From Scenedesmus sp. PABB004 (lineage: Eukaryota), in the NCBI GenBank assembly GCA_014905635.1, contig JABVCE010000021.1, positions 1 to 64,000 of the forward strand: DNA of 64,000 nt, in the 5' to 3' direction. Numbering within the stretch: the first letter of the stretch is position 1; each line of letters starts with the position of its first letter. The translations under genes were made by a program, and so were the position numbers. A model generated the notes under the pieces. It made no database searches, was not told the DNA's origin, and saw nothing but the letters and a program-made list of their open reading frames with translations. This document shows positions 39,752 through 51,257 of this stretch, in pieces.

Positions 39752-40693
39752 GTGAGTGTGTGTGTTGAGCAGTGATCCCTCCTTCCTTTGGCGCACTCGC
39801 GTGGGGGAACAGGTCGCGCACTTGCCGGCGTGATTGCTTTCGCCGGCGGTTTTTGGGGGACGCCGCCTTGGGAGGCAGGGGGAACGCGCTGGTCGGGTTC
39901 AGGCGCAGAGCTGAGCTCGCCAGCGAAGCCAGTGCGTGTACTTTTGCCCGGCGACGCCGCCGCCGCCGCCGGAGCGACGCCCACGGGGGCGAGGAAGGGC
40001 GAGCCGCTGAGTCGCTGCGCCCGACGGCGTTCTGCATGGCGGGGGGGGGGGTGCTGAAGCGCCCGCGCTGGGCTGCGGCACCTCTGCGATGCCACCCGCG
40101 CGGCTTGGGCCGCGGCGCCTGGTCGCCCCATCGCGGTGGGCCGATTCTGGACATGCCCGGCCTATCAAACGACGCGCACGAACGCGCGTCGGAGGTCGCA
40201 GGCACCTCGAGCCTCGAACATCAAAACCCGAACTCATATCGCGCGGTGCGCCCCGTCCCGGCCGCACTCGACCGCTCATCAGCTGGATGCTAGGCGCCAC
40301 TGCTAAGCACGGTAGAGAGCCCAATCGAGAGAGCTGCGCGCATTGGTGAGCTTTACCCGCGCATCCGGCTCACGCATGCGGCCGCGGCGCCGGGACGCGC
40401 GGTGAAAGGCCTCCCCGACAGCCCTCGTGGGAGCGCGGCCCGCCTCGCGCGCTCCCGCGGCCCGCCTCGCGCGCTGTCTCGGGCCGCGCCGCCCGGGCCC
40501 CAGGCGCCTCGCCGACGCGTGTCCTGGGTCGCACGCACCGCGCTGACGGCGCGACGCCCGCCGCCGCGACGTCGCAGGCCGTGGGCGAGGTGCACGTAGC
40601 CATCGCCCGCGCAGCAGCCCCCGCGCCACCGCGACGACGGCCGCCGACACCGCGCCCCCGACCCTCGCGCTGGCGTGCTTCATCGTGGCAGCC

Positions 40694-41584
40694 ATGGTCC
40701 CGGGCGAGCCGGGGCCCGGGCGGCCGGTGCTCGTGCCCATGGAGGGCTGCTGGGCCGGCACGCCGCGCGGCGGCTCGCCGTCGCCCGCCTACGGCCTCAG
40801 CGCGCCCCAGGCGGCCCGCCCGGCGGGCGCCCAGCAGCAGCCGGGCGGCGCGGCGCGCAACCCGTTCGCAGCGATGCCCCGCGAGCTGCGCAACAACCAG
40901 CTGCGCAGCAACCTCGCCGCCGTGGCGGGCGCGTTCAACAACAACAACGCCAGCGCGCCTCAGCAGCAGCCCGGCGGCGCCGCGCCGGCGCCGCAGCCGC
41001 CGCGCGCCCCGGCGGCGGCGGCGCCGCAGCCGGCGTACGCGTGGGCCGGCGGCGGCGGCGGCGGCGGGCCCCAGGTCCTCAGCTACCCGCCGACCTACGC
41101 CGCGCCGCAGCAGCCCGGCTGCGGCGGCGGCAGCGCCACGGCGCTGCCCCTGCTCGCCGCGCCGGCGGCGCGGCCCGACTACGCCGACGCGGCGCCGTAC
41201 GGCGCCTACGTGCCCGGCGCGGGCTCGCAGTCCGTGCTGGCGCTCGTCGCGCACCACGTCGCGCCCGCGGGCGGCTACGGCGGCGGCGGCGGCCGCGGCG
41301 GCGCGTTTTACAGCGACCCGCTGCCCTACCTCGCCTCCGACGCCGGCGTGCCGCACCCCGCGCAGCGGCAGGCGGGCGCGCAGCTGCAGGCCCAGCTGCC
41401 CAGCGCCTGCCTGCCCCTGGCGCCCGGCCTGGCGGCGCCAGGCGTCCTGGCGATGCCGGGCGGCGGCGGCGGCGGCGACGCGCACATGTCCAACGTGCAG
41501 CAGCTGCTGCAGCGCCAGCACGCGCTCGTGGCGATGGAGCAGGCGGTGCAGCAGCAGCTGCTGCAGCTGCTGCCCGACGCGTGA
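40694..41584 (+). CDS. Hypothetical Gln/Pro/Gly-rich protein (~296 aa)
   Basis: GCCATGG start; G/C-ending codon usage with N/Y/F/M codons unlike the shadow frames; C-terminal Q/L helix. No recognised domain. Confidence 0.6.
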   Translation: MVPGEPGPGRPVLVPMEGCWAGTPRGGSPSPAYGLSAPQAARPAGAQQQPGGAARNPFAAMPRELRNNQLRSNLAAVAGAFNNNNASAPQQQPGGAAPAPQPPRAPAAAAPQPAYAWAGGGGGGGPQVLSYPPTYAAPQQPGCGGGSATALPLLAAPAARPDYADAAPYGAYVPGAGSQSVLALVAHHVAPAGGYGGGGGRGGAFYSDPLPYLASDAGVPHPAQRQAGAQLQAQLPSACLPLAPGLAAPGVLAMPGGGGGGDAHMSNVQQLLQRQHALVAMEQAVQQQLLQLLPDA

Positions 41585-42517
41585 GGCGCGCGCGCGCGCG
41601 ACCGCGGCGAGCGGCGCGGGAGAGACCGGCCGCGCGGGCACGCAGCGCGCGCGCGGCCGCGCGCTGCGTGCGTGCCCGCGTGCGCGCGAGCGAGTGTGAT
41701 GGTGGTGGTTTTGCTTTGAGGGTGCCGGTCAAACCCACACCCAGCTTCCATGGACGGCGTCAGGAGTACTCTAGGGCGTGGATGTTGGTTTGATGTGGCC
41801 GCTTGCCTTGCTGGCTGCCCTTGGGGCGCCGCGCGCACTGCTCAGCACGTGCCGACGTCGGGCCGCGTTGCGCACTGTGGCCGCCGCCGGCGGCCATCCA
41901 CCCGTCCAGCGCCCCCGTGGCGCGTGCGCCCACGCCTCGCGCGCACCCCACCACGTCTCGTCTCGCCCGCCCCGCCCGCACCGTCCCTTGCTGCGGCGCC
42001 GGCACTGGGGAGCACTTGCGATCCTGTTTTTGTGCATGTGGCGCGCAGCAGCTGCACTCCATGGCACCGCCACCCATGGCACTGCCACCCACCCGTCCCG
42101 AGACGCGCCCCAACGGCCGCGCGGCAGCTGCTGCCGCGCGGCCTGCGCCCACCGGCCGGGCGGCGCCACGCCGTCGCGCACGCCAGCCGCCACCGCCTCA
42201 CCCTTGCCCCGAATGCATGCGCCGTTGTGCTGGTCCTTCCCTTGCCGCACCACCCCTCCCCTCCTGCCCTGTGCGGCGCGCGCGCGCACGGGCGTGCGCG
42301 CCCGCGGCGGCACACTCACTAAGCAGTCCCGACAGGTTTTGCCGCAGCAGCACTGCACTCGCCTGCCCCCGTCGCGGGGCCGGCGTCGCGGCGCTGCCGC
42401 GCGCGCCACCCACCACTCCTGCGTTCCCCTTCCGCGCGCCGTCGTGCGCGCGGCTCCATCGCATCGCCCCGCCCCGCCGCGTCGCCAGGCGCGCGCGTGC
42501 GGGCAGGCGCCTCCCCC

Positions 42518-42630
42518 GGTTGCTTGGCGGGGGGCGTTCGGTTGCTTGGCGGGGGGCGTTGGTTGCCTGCTCCTTGAGAACGCGGCGCAGAGCGAGTGGC
42601 TGGCTGGGCTGAGCTGAGCTGAGCTGAGCT
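42518..42630. repeat. Tandem 21-nt duplication plus (CTGAG)n pentamer run in a non-coding region
   Basis: GGTTGCTTGGCGGGGGGCGTT at 42518-42538 and 42540-42560; about four CTGAG units near 42609-42630. Confidence 0.8.
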
Positions 42631-43686
42631 GGCTGTGGGGCGAGACGGCCCGGCAGCCGCGGCGGCCAACGGATCTCTTCGTCTGGCGCGCGCGCACACA
42701 CACCGCACGTCGCGCGCGTCGAACCGCGCGCGGCGCGGTTCTGCCGTTCTTTATTGCAGGGCCGCCGCGCGCGACGGCGCGCGGCGCCCTGCCCCGCCCT
42801 TGCACAGGGGGGACCTGCGCTGCTGCGAGCCGACGCCAATCAACCAACGCACCCAGCGGGGCGCGCCGACGGCGACGCTGTGTGCGCCGCCCGCCGCATG
42901 GCGGGCGGCCAAGCAAGCCTGGGTCGCGGCGCCCAGCGCGCGCCGTCTCTTTTCTCTTTGGGCGCACGGCCCGCACGCCGCCGCAGCGGCCGCTTCAGGA
43001 TTTCTTGCTGCAGCCGCAGCACTGTCCGGGACGCTGCACACGGGCGGGGGAGGCGCAGGGCGCGGCCTCGCGCCCTGCCACTGGCTCTCTTCGGGCTTTG
43101 TCCGTGCGCGCGCGTGCGCGGGCGCGTGTCTGGCGCGCCCCGTGACAGCGTCGACGCGACGCATGGCGCGGCCAGCCGCCAGCGCCAAGAGCTACAGCCC
43201 CTGCACTGCACTCCAACACTGGGAGCGGCGGGCCCGCATCCCGTCGCGCATTGATCGTGCGCCGTTGATGACCATCGAAACCTGGGGAGCAGCTCAACGC
43301 GGCCGGCGCGCGCTGACCGGCGGCCCGGCCTTAAAGCCTATTCTTCTTCTTCTGTCTGCGCCTCTCTGGTGGCGAACACATAGAGGGGGCTGTGTGCAAC
43401 TGAACAACGGCACCTGCCGCGCGCGCGAGGGGCCCGCAATCGATCGTCTGCGATCGGCCGGCGCCGACGCAGCGAGGTGTTTACCCCGATGCCAGCCATG
43501 CCCGCGCCACACACACAGCCCCCCCTCCCCCCCCTGCCGCCGCGACGTCACTGCGCGCATCGGCGCACGCCCCTGCGTGCGCCGGCGTGCAGGCCGCCGC
43601 GCCCCGCGCGCGGCGCCGCCAGCGCCTGCTGGCGCGCGCCTCGCCGGGGCCGCCCCGCGCTCCTGCTGCTCCTGCTGCTGCTGCTG

Positions 43687-43717
<31 letters not shown>

Positions 43718-43727
43718 CTCCCGAGGC

Positions 43728-44226
43728 TCAGTTGGCCTTGGAGACGACCACGACCTCCGGCGGCGGCGGCGGCAGCGGCTCGTACTCGTGCGGCTTGCGG
43801 TTGCGGTCGGCCGGCGTGTACTGCGGCGGCGGGCGCGGCGGCGGGCGCGTCACGCGCGGTCACGGGCGCCCGGCTGCGGCCTGGCCCGCCTGGGCACGAG
43901 CCGCACGCGCGCGCGGTGGGGGCCTTCGGAGCAGCGGCGGCCGCCGCGCGGCCTCGCCGCCGCGCCGGCGCCGCGGGCGCGGCGCCGACCGCGGGGCCAG
44001 ACACAGTGCGGGCGCGGCCGGGCGCCGGGCGGCGCCAATGGCGCGCCGCGCGGGCGGGGCGGGCCGCGGCATCGCGCGCCCGCGTCCACACCTTGATTGG
44101 CCGCGCCCGCACGTGGCGCTTGGTGGCCTTCTGGCGGGGCGTGCTGGCCATGGCAACCACGCTCATGCGCGCGGCGGGCGCGGGCGCGGCCAGGCGCGAC
44201 GGCGCGGCGCGGGCGGCGGCCAGCAT
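43728..44226 (-). CDS. PSRP6: Plastid-specific 50S ribosomal protein 6 (cL38), 2 exons, 75 aa including transit peptide
   Basis: Exon 1 44226-44092 and exon 2 43820-43728 (GT-AG, phase 0) give MLAAARAAPSRLAAPAPAARMSVVAMASTPRQKATKRHVRARPIK|YTPADRNRKPHEYEPLPPPPPEVVVVSKAN*. This matches the PSRP6 pattern KxTxxHxxxRPxK...DxxRKPxxYxPLP. Not resolved in the ORF track. Confidence 0.88.
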
Positions 44227-44637
44227 CGCTGCTCTGCTCTGCGCTCCGGGCGGCGGCTGCGGATGCGCGCACTGGGCAGCAAAGTGCGAGGGATGGTGGT
44301 GGGACGACGGAGTGGAGCTGTTCTTTTTTGCGCCCTTAAAACGCATGGGCGTGCTCCCCGGCCTCGCTACCGCCGTGGGAGCGCCGGCCGGTGGTCTCAA
44401 CACCGGCGGCTGGGGGGATGGGGGCTGCCGGGGCGCCCCGGGGGGCGCCCCGGCGCCGCGGGCGCGCGGCGCGCGTGCGCGGCGCTGCCGCCAACACCGA
44501 CCATGGGCATCCTCTGATCGCCGGCCGCCTGAAACAGGCCACAGTGGCGCGAGGCATAACGGTTTGGGACCGGCCCGCAGGTCGGTGCCCCGCGAGGGGT
44601 CCCCCCCACCCGGAACGGGTGACAAGGCGAGAAACGC

Positions 44638-44753
44638 ACGCGCACACGCCTGACCTAACGCGCACACGCCTGACCCAAGGTCGAATCAGCAGCCGCGGAG
44701 CCCCCAAAGGTCAGATCGGTGGCGGTACGGTTAGGTGGCGGTACGGTTAGGTG
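44638..44753. repeat. Two short tandem duplications upstream of PSRP6
   Basis: 20-nt ACGCGCACACGCCTGACC(T/C)A x2 at 44638-44677; 16-nt GGTGGCGGTACGGTTA x2 at 44718-44749. Confidence 0.8.
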
Positions 44754-45955
44754 TACAGAGCGAAATAAACGCGTGCAGGGCCCCCCCCCCCCGTGCGCGG
44801 CTGCGTGTTGCAGCAGTCGGCCGCCGCCGGGCGGCGCCCCGCCCGCGTGAATGGGGCGCCCGCGGGGCGCGTGTGCCACCGGCGTCGCTGGAGCGGCGGC
44901 GGAGCGACCAACAACCGACAACCCAACGACCCAAGGGCATCCAGAGAGCTCCCCTCCCCGTCCATGTGTGCGTCGTCCATCCTGCGGTCAGGAGCGTCGC
45001 CGTCAGCCGTGGTCGGCGAGCACGGCCTAGTTTAGTAGTCTGGGTGAGGGGCGTCCTTCGCAGCGCGCCGGCGCACGCCGCGCGCCGCCGCACGGGGGCG
45101 GCGCGCGGCGCGGCGGTCCACCCGTGCAGCGCGCAGCTGCAGGTCAGGGTCGGGCGCGACCGTCAAGGGTCAGGCCGGGGCGGCCGCGCGCGGGGCAGGG
45201 GGCATCGCGGCGCCCGGGCCCGCGGCGGCCGCCGGCGCGCAGGGCTCGGCCCAAAAACAGGCATGCATTAGCATCATCAGCGACGGCAGCGTGCGCGCCA
45301 GCTCATCAGCTGCGGTGGCGGCAGTGAAGGAGGAGGGCGGAGCCGCGCCGAGGCGGGGCCCGCCCCGGGTGCAGCAGGCGTGCCATCGAGCCACCACCAA
45401 GGCCCGCGCGGGCGACAGTGCGGTGTGGTGTGTGGCTGCCTCGGCGGCGCGCGCGCCCAGCGGCGCGCCGAGCCGAGCCAGGGAAGAGGATGCAGGTCCC
45501 GCAGCGCGCCGCCGCAAAGCAAAGGGGCGGCCAGCCACGCGCACGGGCGGGGCGCGCGCTGACGCCCTGAAATGCTGCGCACACGACACGACACGCACCA
45601 AGAGCCAAGGCCTAGGGCAGGTGCCTGCGGCACCGCAAAGGGCCGCGGGCCTGCAAATACGTGTAGCAGGCTCGTCGCTCCGCAGCGCGCGCGGCGCGGG
45701 CGGCGGCGGCGCGGGCGCGCCAGCCGCCCCCGTCGCTCCCCTCCCCGCGCCGGCTAGCAGGTTGGCAGAAATGCGTCAGGTCAGAGTCGTCGCGCAAAAC
45801 TGGCGGCGCGCAACACACCTCCTGTGTTTGCGCGGCCGCGGTCACGCGCTGCGGTAAGGTAGTGGTGGTACAACAGACCCCTCCCCCCTCCAGCCCCGTC
45901 AGCAAGGCCTGCTGCGCTCTCGCTCCGTCAAGCCCTTGCGCCGCGGGGCGCGCAG

Positions 45956-46708
45956 CTACCGCGCCTCCAGCGCCGTCAGCCACGCGCGCGCCGCCTGCAG
46001 CTCGGCGGCGCTGGCCGGCGCGAGGCCCGGCAGCGCGCGCGCCGCGGCACGGGCGGGGCCGGCGCAGCCGCCGCGCGGCGGCGCGGCGCCGCCCTCCGCG
46101 GGCGGCGGCAGCACCGAGCACTTGCGCGGCGCGCCGGGCACCTGCCCGCCCGCGCTCGCCAGCGCGGGCGTGGCCGCCGGCGGTCGCGGAGGCGGCTGCG
46201 GCTGCGGCTGCGGGTCGGGCTCGCACAGGCCGCTGCCCGCCGCCGCGAACATGACGGCCCAGCTGCGCCTGCTGCTGCTGCTGGCCGGCGGCGCGCGCTC
46301 CTCGGCGCCGCCTGCGGCCCAGGCGGGCGGCGGCGGGCCCACGCGGCTGCCGCTGTCCGCGAGCAGCGCCGACGCGAGGCTGCGCGCGACGCCGCGCTGC
46401 GCCGGCGGCGCCTCGCGCGCGCCCGCGGCGGGCGCGCCCGCGCCCGCCAGCAGCATGACGGCGCCGTCGTGCGTGGGCGAGCGCAGGAGCAGCTCGCTGG
46501 GCGGGCGCGCCTGGCCCGGGTGGGCGCGCGGGGGCGGGGAGAGGCAGGGCGAGGCGCCCAGGTCGCCGCTGTCGCCGCCGCAGTCGCCCACGTCCTGCTC
46601 GGGCGCCTCGCAGACGCCTCCACAGGGGCTGGCGGCGCCGGGGGCGCCGGGCCAGAGCAGCCGGCGCTTGGCGCCCAGGCCCGCGATGCCCGCGCCGGAG
46701 CGCTTCAT
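45956..46708 (-). CDS. Hypothetical disordered protein (~250 aa)
   Basis: ATG 46708 (MKRSGAGIAGLGAKRRLLW) open to TAG at 45956; contains SP sites and VPGAPRK. No firm family. Confidence 0.5.
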   Translation of the reverse strand: MKRSGAGIAGLGAKRRLLWPGAPGAASPCGGVCEAPEQDVGDCGGDSGDLGASPCLSPPPRAHPGQARPPSELLLRSPTHDGAVMLLAGAGAPAAGAREAPPAQRGVARSLASALLADSGSRVGPPPPAWAAGGAEERAPPASSSSRRSWAVMFAAAGSGLCEPDPQPQPQPPPRPPAATPALASAGGQVPGAPRKCSVLPPPAEGGAAPPRGGCAGPARAAARALPGLAPASAAELQAARAWLTALEAR

Positions 46709-47067
46709 GCCGCCCCGACGCGCAGCGCCGACGCGAGGGAGGCCTGCTAATGCGATGCGCCGGCTCTCCGCGGCGGCGTGGCGCCTGTGGCGGCCGGGGC
46801 GGGCGGGCGCGCGACAGCGCCGCGCTCGGCGACACGCGCACGGGCCCGAGCAGGATGGCCGCCGTCGCTGGGAGACGCCTCCAGGCCGCCAGCTAGGCGA
46901 TCCGCGGCGCGACCTGCACACTAACGCTGCGCCAGACCAGCCGCTCGACGCTCCGATCGCTGCTGTAACGCTGCGGATATCCCATGCGCACGCACCGACC
47001 GGGTGCGGCGCGCGCGGGGGCGGCTGTGCGGGCCTTGCGAGCTCCCTGCTCCCCGGCAGCCCGCGGG

Positions 47068-50000
47068 CAGAGCGATGGGCGCAGGCGCTTTGAGGCGCAG
47101 GCGCTTTAGACGCTTTCAAAGCGCCCAAAGCGTCTCGGGGCTTCGCTCAGGCGCAAAGGCGCAATTGCTGAGCCCCAAAGCCCGATGTTCAAAGTTGCAG
47201 CCGGATTGCGCAGCGCAGAGCGCCGATCAGCTGCCGCCGGGGAGCCAGTCCCGCGCATTGCCTCCCCGCCCATGTCAGGCCGTGCGGGCAGCGACCATGG
47301 AGGACGCTAGCGCCAGCAACGAGCCCGCATCCTCGCCGCTGGACTCCCAGGCCACGCCGGCCTCCGCTGAGCTGCGCGGCACGCGCGGAAGGAAGCAGGG
47401 CACGATTCGCGACCACTACAAGGTGACGGGCCTCGTGGAAGCCAGCACCAAGCGGGCGCCGTGCAAATGCAACTACTGCGACACGCCTTTCAGCCAGGCC
47501 AAGCTCGACGACCTGACGGCGCACATGCTTCAATGCGCTGATGCGCCCGACGGGGTGCAGGCGGAGGTCGCGCGGCAGCTGGAGGCGAGCGCTGCGAGCG
47601 CCGCGACCGACGGCGCTGCTGCGCCCGCCGCCGGCGGCGGGCGGAAGCGCGGCCGCCAGACCTGCATCGACGGCTTCGTCGCCAACAGCAAGGTCAACCA
47701 GATGACGCCGGCCCAGCTGCTCCAGGCCAACCTGCACCTCGTGCGCTGGTTCGTCACGTCGGGCCTGCCGTTCAAGGCGCTCAAGAGCCCGCACCTGGCG
47801 GCGTACCTGGAGCTGGTGCGCCCCGGCCTCGCCGCGCCCAGCTTCACGGCGATGCGCAAACACCTGCTGATCCTCGAGTACGGCTCTGTCGTCGCCAAGA
47901 TCATGCGGCTGGTCAAGAGCTCGTTCAACATCACCATCTCCGCCGACTTTTGGACCGACGCGCAGCGCCGCGCGGTGCTCGCTGTGGTGGCGCTGCTGCC
48001 CGGCGGCCAGAGCCAGCTGCTGCGCTGCAAGGAGATGTCCATCGAGTCGCACACCGCCGCCGTCGTCGTGCGCGAGCTCAAGGACACCATCGAGCTCTAC
48101 GGCATCGCCAAGGAGGTCAGCGGGCTCGTCACCGACAACGCCGCCAACATGCGGGGGGCGCGCGAGCTGCTCGTGAAGACGGCGGGCTTCCAGCACATCA
48201 TTGAGCTCAGGTGCGCCCCTGGCAGCAGCGCGCGCCGGCCGCCGCCGGGCGGCAGCAGCAGCTGTGGCGGCCGCGCGGCCGGGCGTGCTGCAGCGGCGGC
48301 CCGGCTGCCAGGCTGCCCGTGCAGTGCGGGCTAGACCACAAGCAGCAGCGCGCAAAGCAGTAGCACGCAGAGCAGCAGCGCGCAGCCGCCGCGCGGCGCG
48401 CGGCGCCTGGTGCGCGTCACGCGCGCCGACCTGCACCGTCGCCCGACCCCGCGCGCAGGTGCTACATGCACGCCTTTGGGCTGGTGCTGGGCGACCTGCT
48501 CTCGCACAACTATGCCAAGAACTTGGTCGTCAACGCGCAGAAGATCGTCACCTATTTCCGCGCGTCGCACAAGCCCCTCGCGCTGCTGCGCGAGGCCGAG
48601 AGCCAGCTCAAGATCAAGATCGGCCTGCGCAGCGCCTGCGCCACGCGCATGACCTCCGTGCACCTCTGTGTGGAGTCGCTGCTCGCCAACGAGGCTGCCT
48701 TCACGCGCCTACTCAACGAGCCCGAGCACCGCGCGCTGCTCAAGGCCGAGGTGGTCGAGCTGCTGGCCGACGCGCAGTTCTGGTGCGACACGCGCAAGCT
48801 CGACAAGCTGCTGCAGCCGCTCAGCCAGATCATCATGGCCGTGCAGCGCGCCGACACCACGCTCGCAGACGTGGCCAGGTGCGCTGCCGCCCCGCGCGCG
48901 CGCGCGCCGCACGTCCAGCCCCGCGCGCGCTGGCGCCCGGCGCGCCCGGCCCTGCGCGCGCCCTGCGTGCCCGCGCGCAGCGCGCCCCGGCGCCACGGCG
49001 CGAGCGCCGCCGCGGCGCGTCAGCGCGCCCCGCCGCCGCGGCGCGGCCAGGTCGCGCGCCCAACACGCCCCGCCCGCCGCGCGCAGGTACTGGCACCACC
49101 TGGCCAAGACCATGGGCGACGCGCTGGCCGGCCTCGACAACACCTTCCAGGCCCACTGCATGGCCAAGTTCCATGGGCGCGCCGCCGAGATGGACACGCC
49201 GACGCTGCGCGTCGCGCTGCTGCTGCACCCCCGCTACCGCCAGGCCGCGCAGCGCAGCAGCAGCAGCACGACCGCCGGCGCGGTGCACTCGGCGCTGGTG
49301 CACAAGGCGGGCGACCTGCTGCACAAGCTGGGCTACAGCATGGAGGACTTCCGCTGCCACCCACGCGCTGCTCAACTACATGGCCGGCGCGCCGCCCTTC
49401 AACCTGGACTGCAGCGGCATCGCGCCCAAGTCGTGGTGGCAGATGCTGGTCGCCAGCGCGCCGACGGCTGGCATGAAGCAGCTCGCCAACCTCGCCACCA
49501 CGCTGCTCGACATCGTGCCAACAGCCACCGCGCCCGAGCAGGTGTTCAGCCGCATGGGCTACTTCCACAACCGCGCGCGCAGCTCGCTCGGCGTCGACAC
49601 GCTCGGCCTGATGACCACCATCAAGCTCTACCATGAGGCGGCCAACGAGAAGCCCCGCCCGGCGCGCCCTGAGCGCGCCCTCAACGCCGCCAACCTGGCC
49701 CCGGCGGGCCACGTGGAGGTGCGCAGCCGGGCCGCCAGCGCTGCCCGCTGCGCGCGGCGCGCTGCGCGCGGCGCGCGCGCACGCTGGCGCGCGCGGGGCC
49801 CCCAGCTAACATGCCCCGGCGCCGCTGCCTCTGCTGCAGATGTCGGCCGAGGTGCAGGCCATGGTCAACGAGGCTGTGGAGGCGCAGCGGGAGCTGGACG
49901 CCGACGCCGCCGGCGACGACGAGGCCGCCCCGACGGGCGAGGAGCTGGCAGAGGCGCTCAGCGAGGTCGGGGCCAGCCTCAGCCTCGGGGCGGCGGTGCT

Positions 50001-51257
50001 GCCGCCGGAGTTCAGCAGCTGGAGCGCGATGATGGCTGACGCCATGGGGCTGGACTGGGACCTCAGCATGGACCTGCTGGATCAGCAGTACTACGAGGCG
50101 CCGAGCACCGTGCGCATCGAGGTGCAGGCGCCGCAGCAGTTTGACGCGCGCAGCGCGACGGCGGCGGTGCTGCAGCAGCACGCGGACCAGCAGCTCCGCC
50201 TGATACAGCAGCAGGCGGCGCAGCAGGCGGCGCAGCAGGCGGTGGCCCAGCAGCGCCTGCGGCAGCTCGTGATGCAGCAGGCCATGTCGTCGGCGGCGGC
50301 GGCGGCGCAGCAGGCGGCGCAGCAGGCGGCGCAGCAGGCGGCCCAGCAGCCCTGGGAGCCGGACGGTCTGGAGGGCCTGGTGTAGAGGCAGCCGCTGGCG
50401 GTGGCCGCTGGCGGCGGCCCTGGCAGCAGCGCGCGCGAGTGGCGCGCGAGCGGCGCCGGCGTGTGCTGCGCTAGCGGTGCCTGAGGCTTGCGTGCGTGCT
50501 GGACGTGATCTACCGGTTTTGGCCGCTGCACCGCCATCGCCATGACGTGCGCGCACTGCACGACGGCAAGCGCGGCACGGCCCAGCAGGCGCGGGCAGGC
50601 GGGCGGGCGGCGGCAGCGGGGTGTGGGATGCTGCCGCGGCGGGGCGCGGCCCACCAGTGCGCCGCGGCGCGCCGCGCCGGGTGACCGGCCCGGCCAGTGC
50701 TGAGCGCGCGCCGCGCCCGGGTGCCTCTGAGGCACCGTACCTAGTACCTCTGAGGCACCGTGCGCGCGTCCTGCAGCCGCGCCGTCGACTTGCGCTCCAC
50801 GCCTGCGCGCGGCGCGGTGCGATGCGAGCGGCGCGGGGCGGGAGCGGCGCGGGAGCGGCGCGTCGGCGGCGGCAGCGGCGCGGGGCGCGCGCCCAACCTC
50901 CCCACCGCTGCCGCGGCGGCTGCCGCTGGCGCACGGCTGCCGGCACCGCCGGCGGGGCCACGCCGGTGGGCTCCCAGCTGGGTGGCAGGCAGGCAGGGGC
51001 CTCGCAGGCGCCGCGGAGACGGGGAGGACGTGGCCAGAGGACGCGGACCACGGCCTCGCGCTCGTTCAGGGCGCAGCAGCAGCCCCCGCGATGGCCACCG
51101 ACGCTGGGCCCTCGAAACATTATCGCCCGGCCTCTCCTGGGCCAGAAACGGCTCAGAAAAGGCCCCAGAGCAAAGCGCCTATTGCGCCTAAAGCGCCTGA
51201 AAGCGCCTGGGCAATTGCGCCTGCGCCCGGGGTCCAGGAAAAGCGCCCATCGCTCTG
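47068..51257 (+). mobile_element. Full-length hAT DNA transposon (4190 bp)
   Basis: Perfect 15-bp TIRs CAGAGCGATGGGCGC (47068-47082 and 51243-51257); 8-bp TSD CCCGCGGG (47060-47067 and 51258-51265); subterminal AGGCGCTTT/AAAGCGCCT repeats at both ends; internal transposase. Confidence 0.96.
47297..50385 (+). CDS. hAT transposase (BED finger, DDE core, hATC dimerisation domain), 4 exons, one frameshift
   Basis: Exons 47297-48210, 48459-48878, 49087-49718, 49840-50385. CKCNYC...HMLQC; ISADFWTD; VTDNAANM; RCYMH; CATRMTS; LHPRYR; WW...PTATAPEQVFS...RSSL. One extra C near 49351 shifts the frame. Confidence 0.92.

Noticed and set aside
39752..40693. Splicing of the leishmanolysin gene into the 40694 ORF
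   Set aside because: A GTGAGT overlaps the stop, but I found no in-phase acceptor joining the two, and the downstream ORF has its own good start context.
47058..47067. Apparent 25-bp TIR for the hAT element
   Set aside because: The extra 10 bp come from the palindromic target site and TSD. The true TIR starts at CAG 47068.
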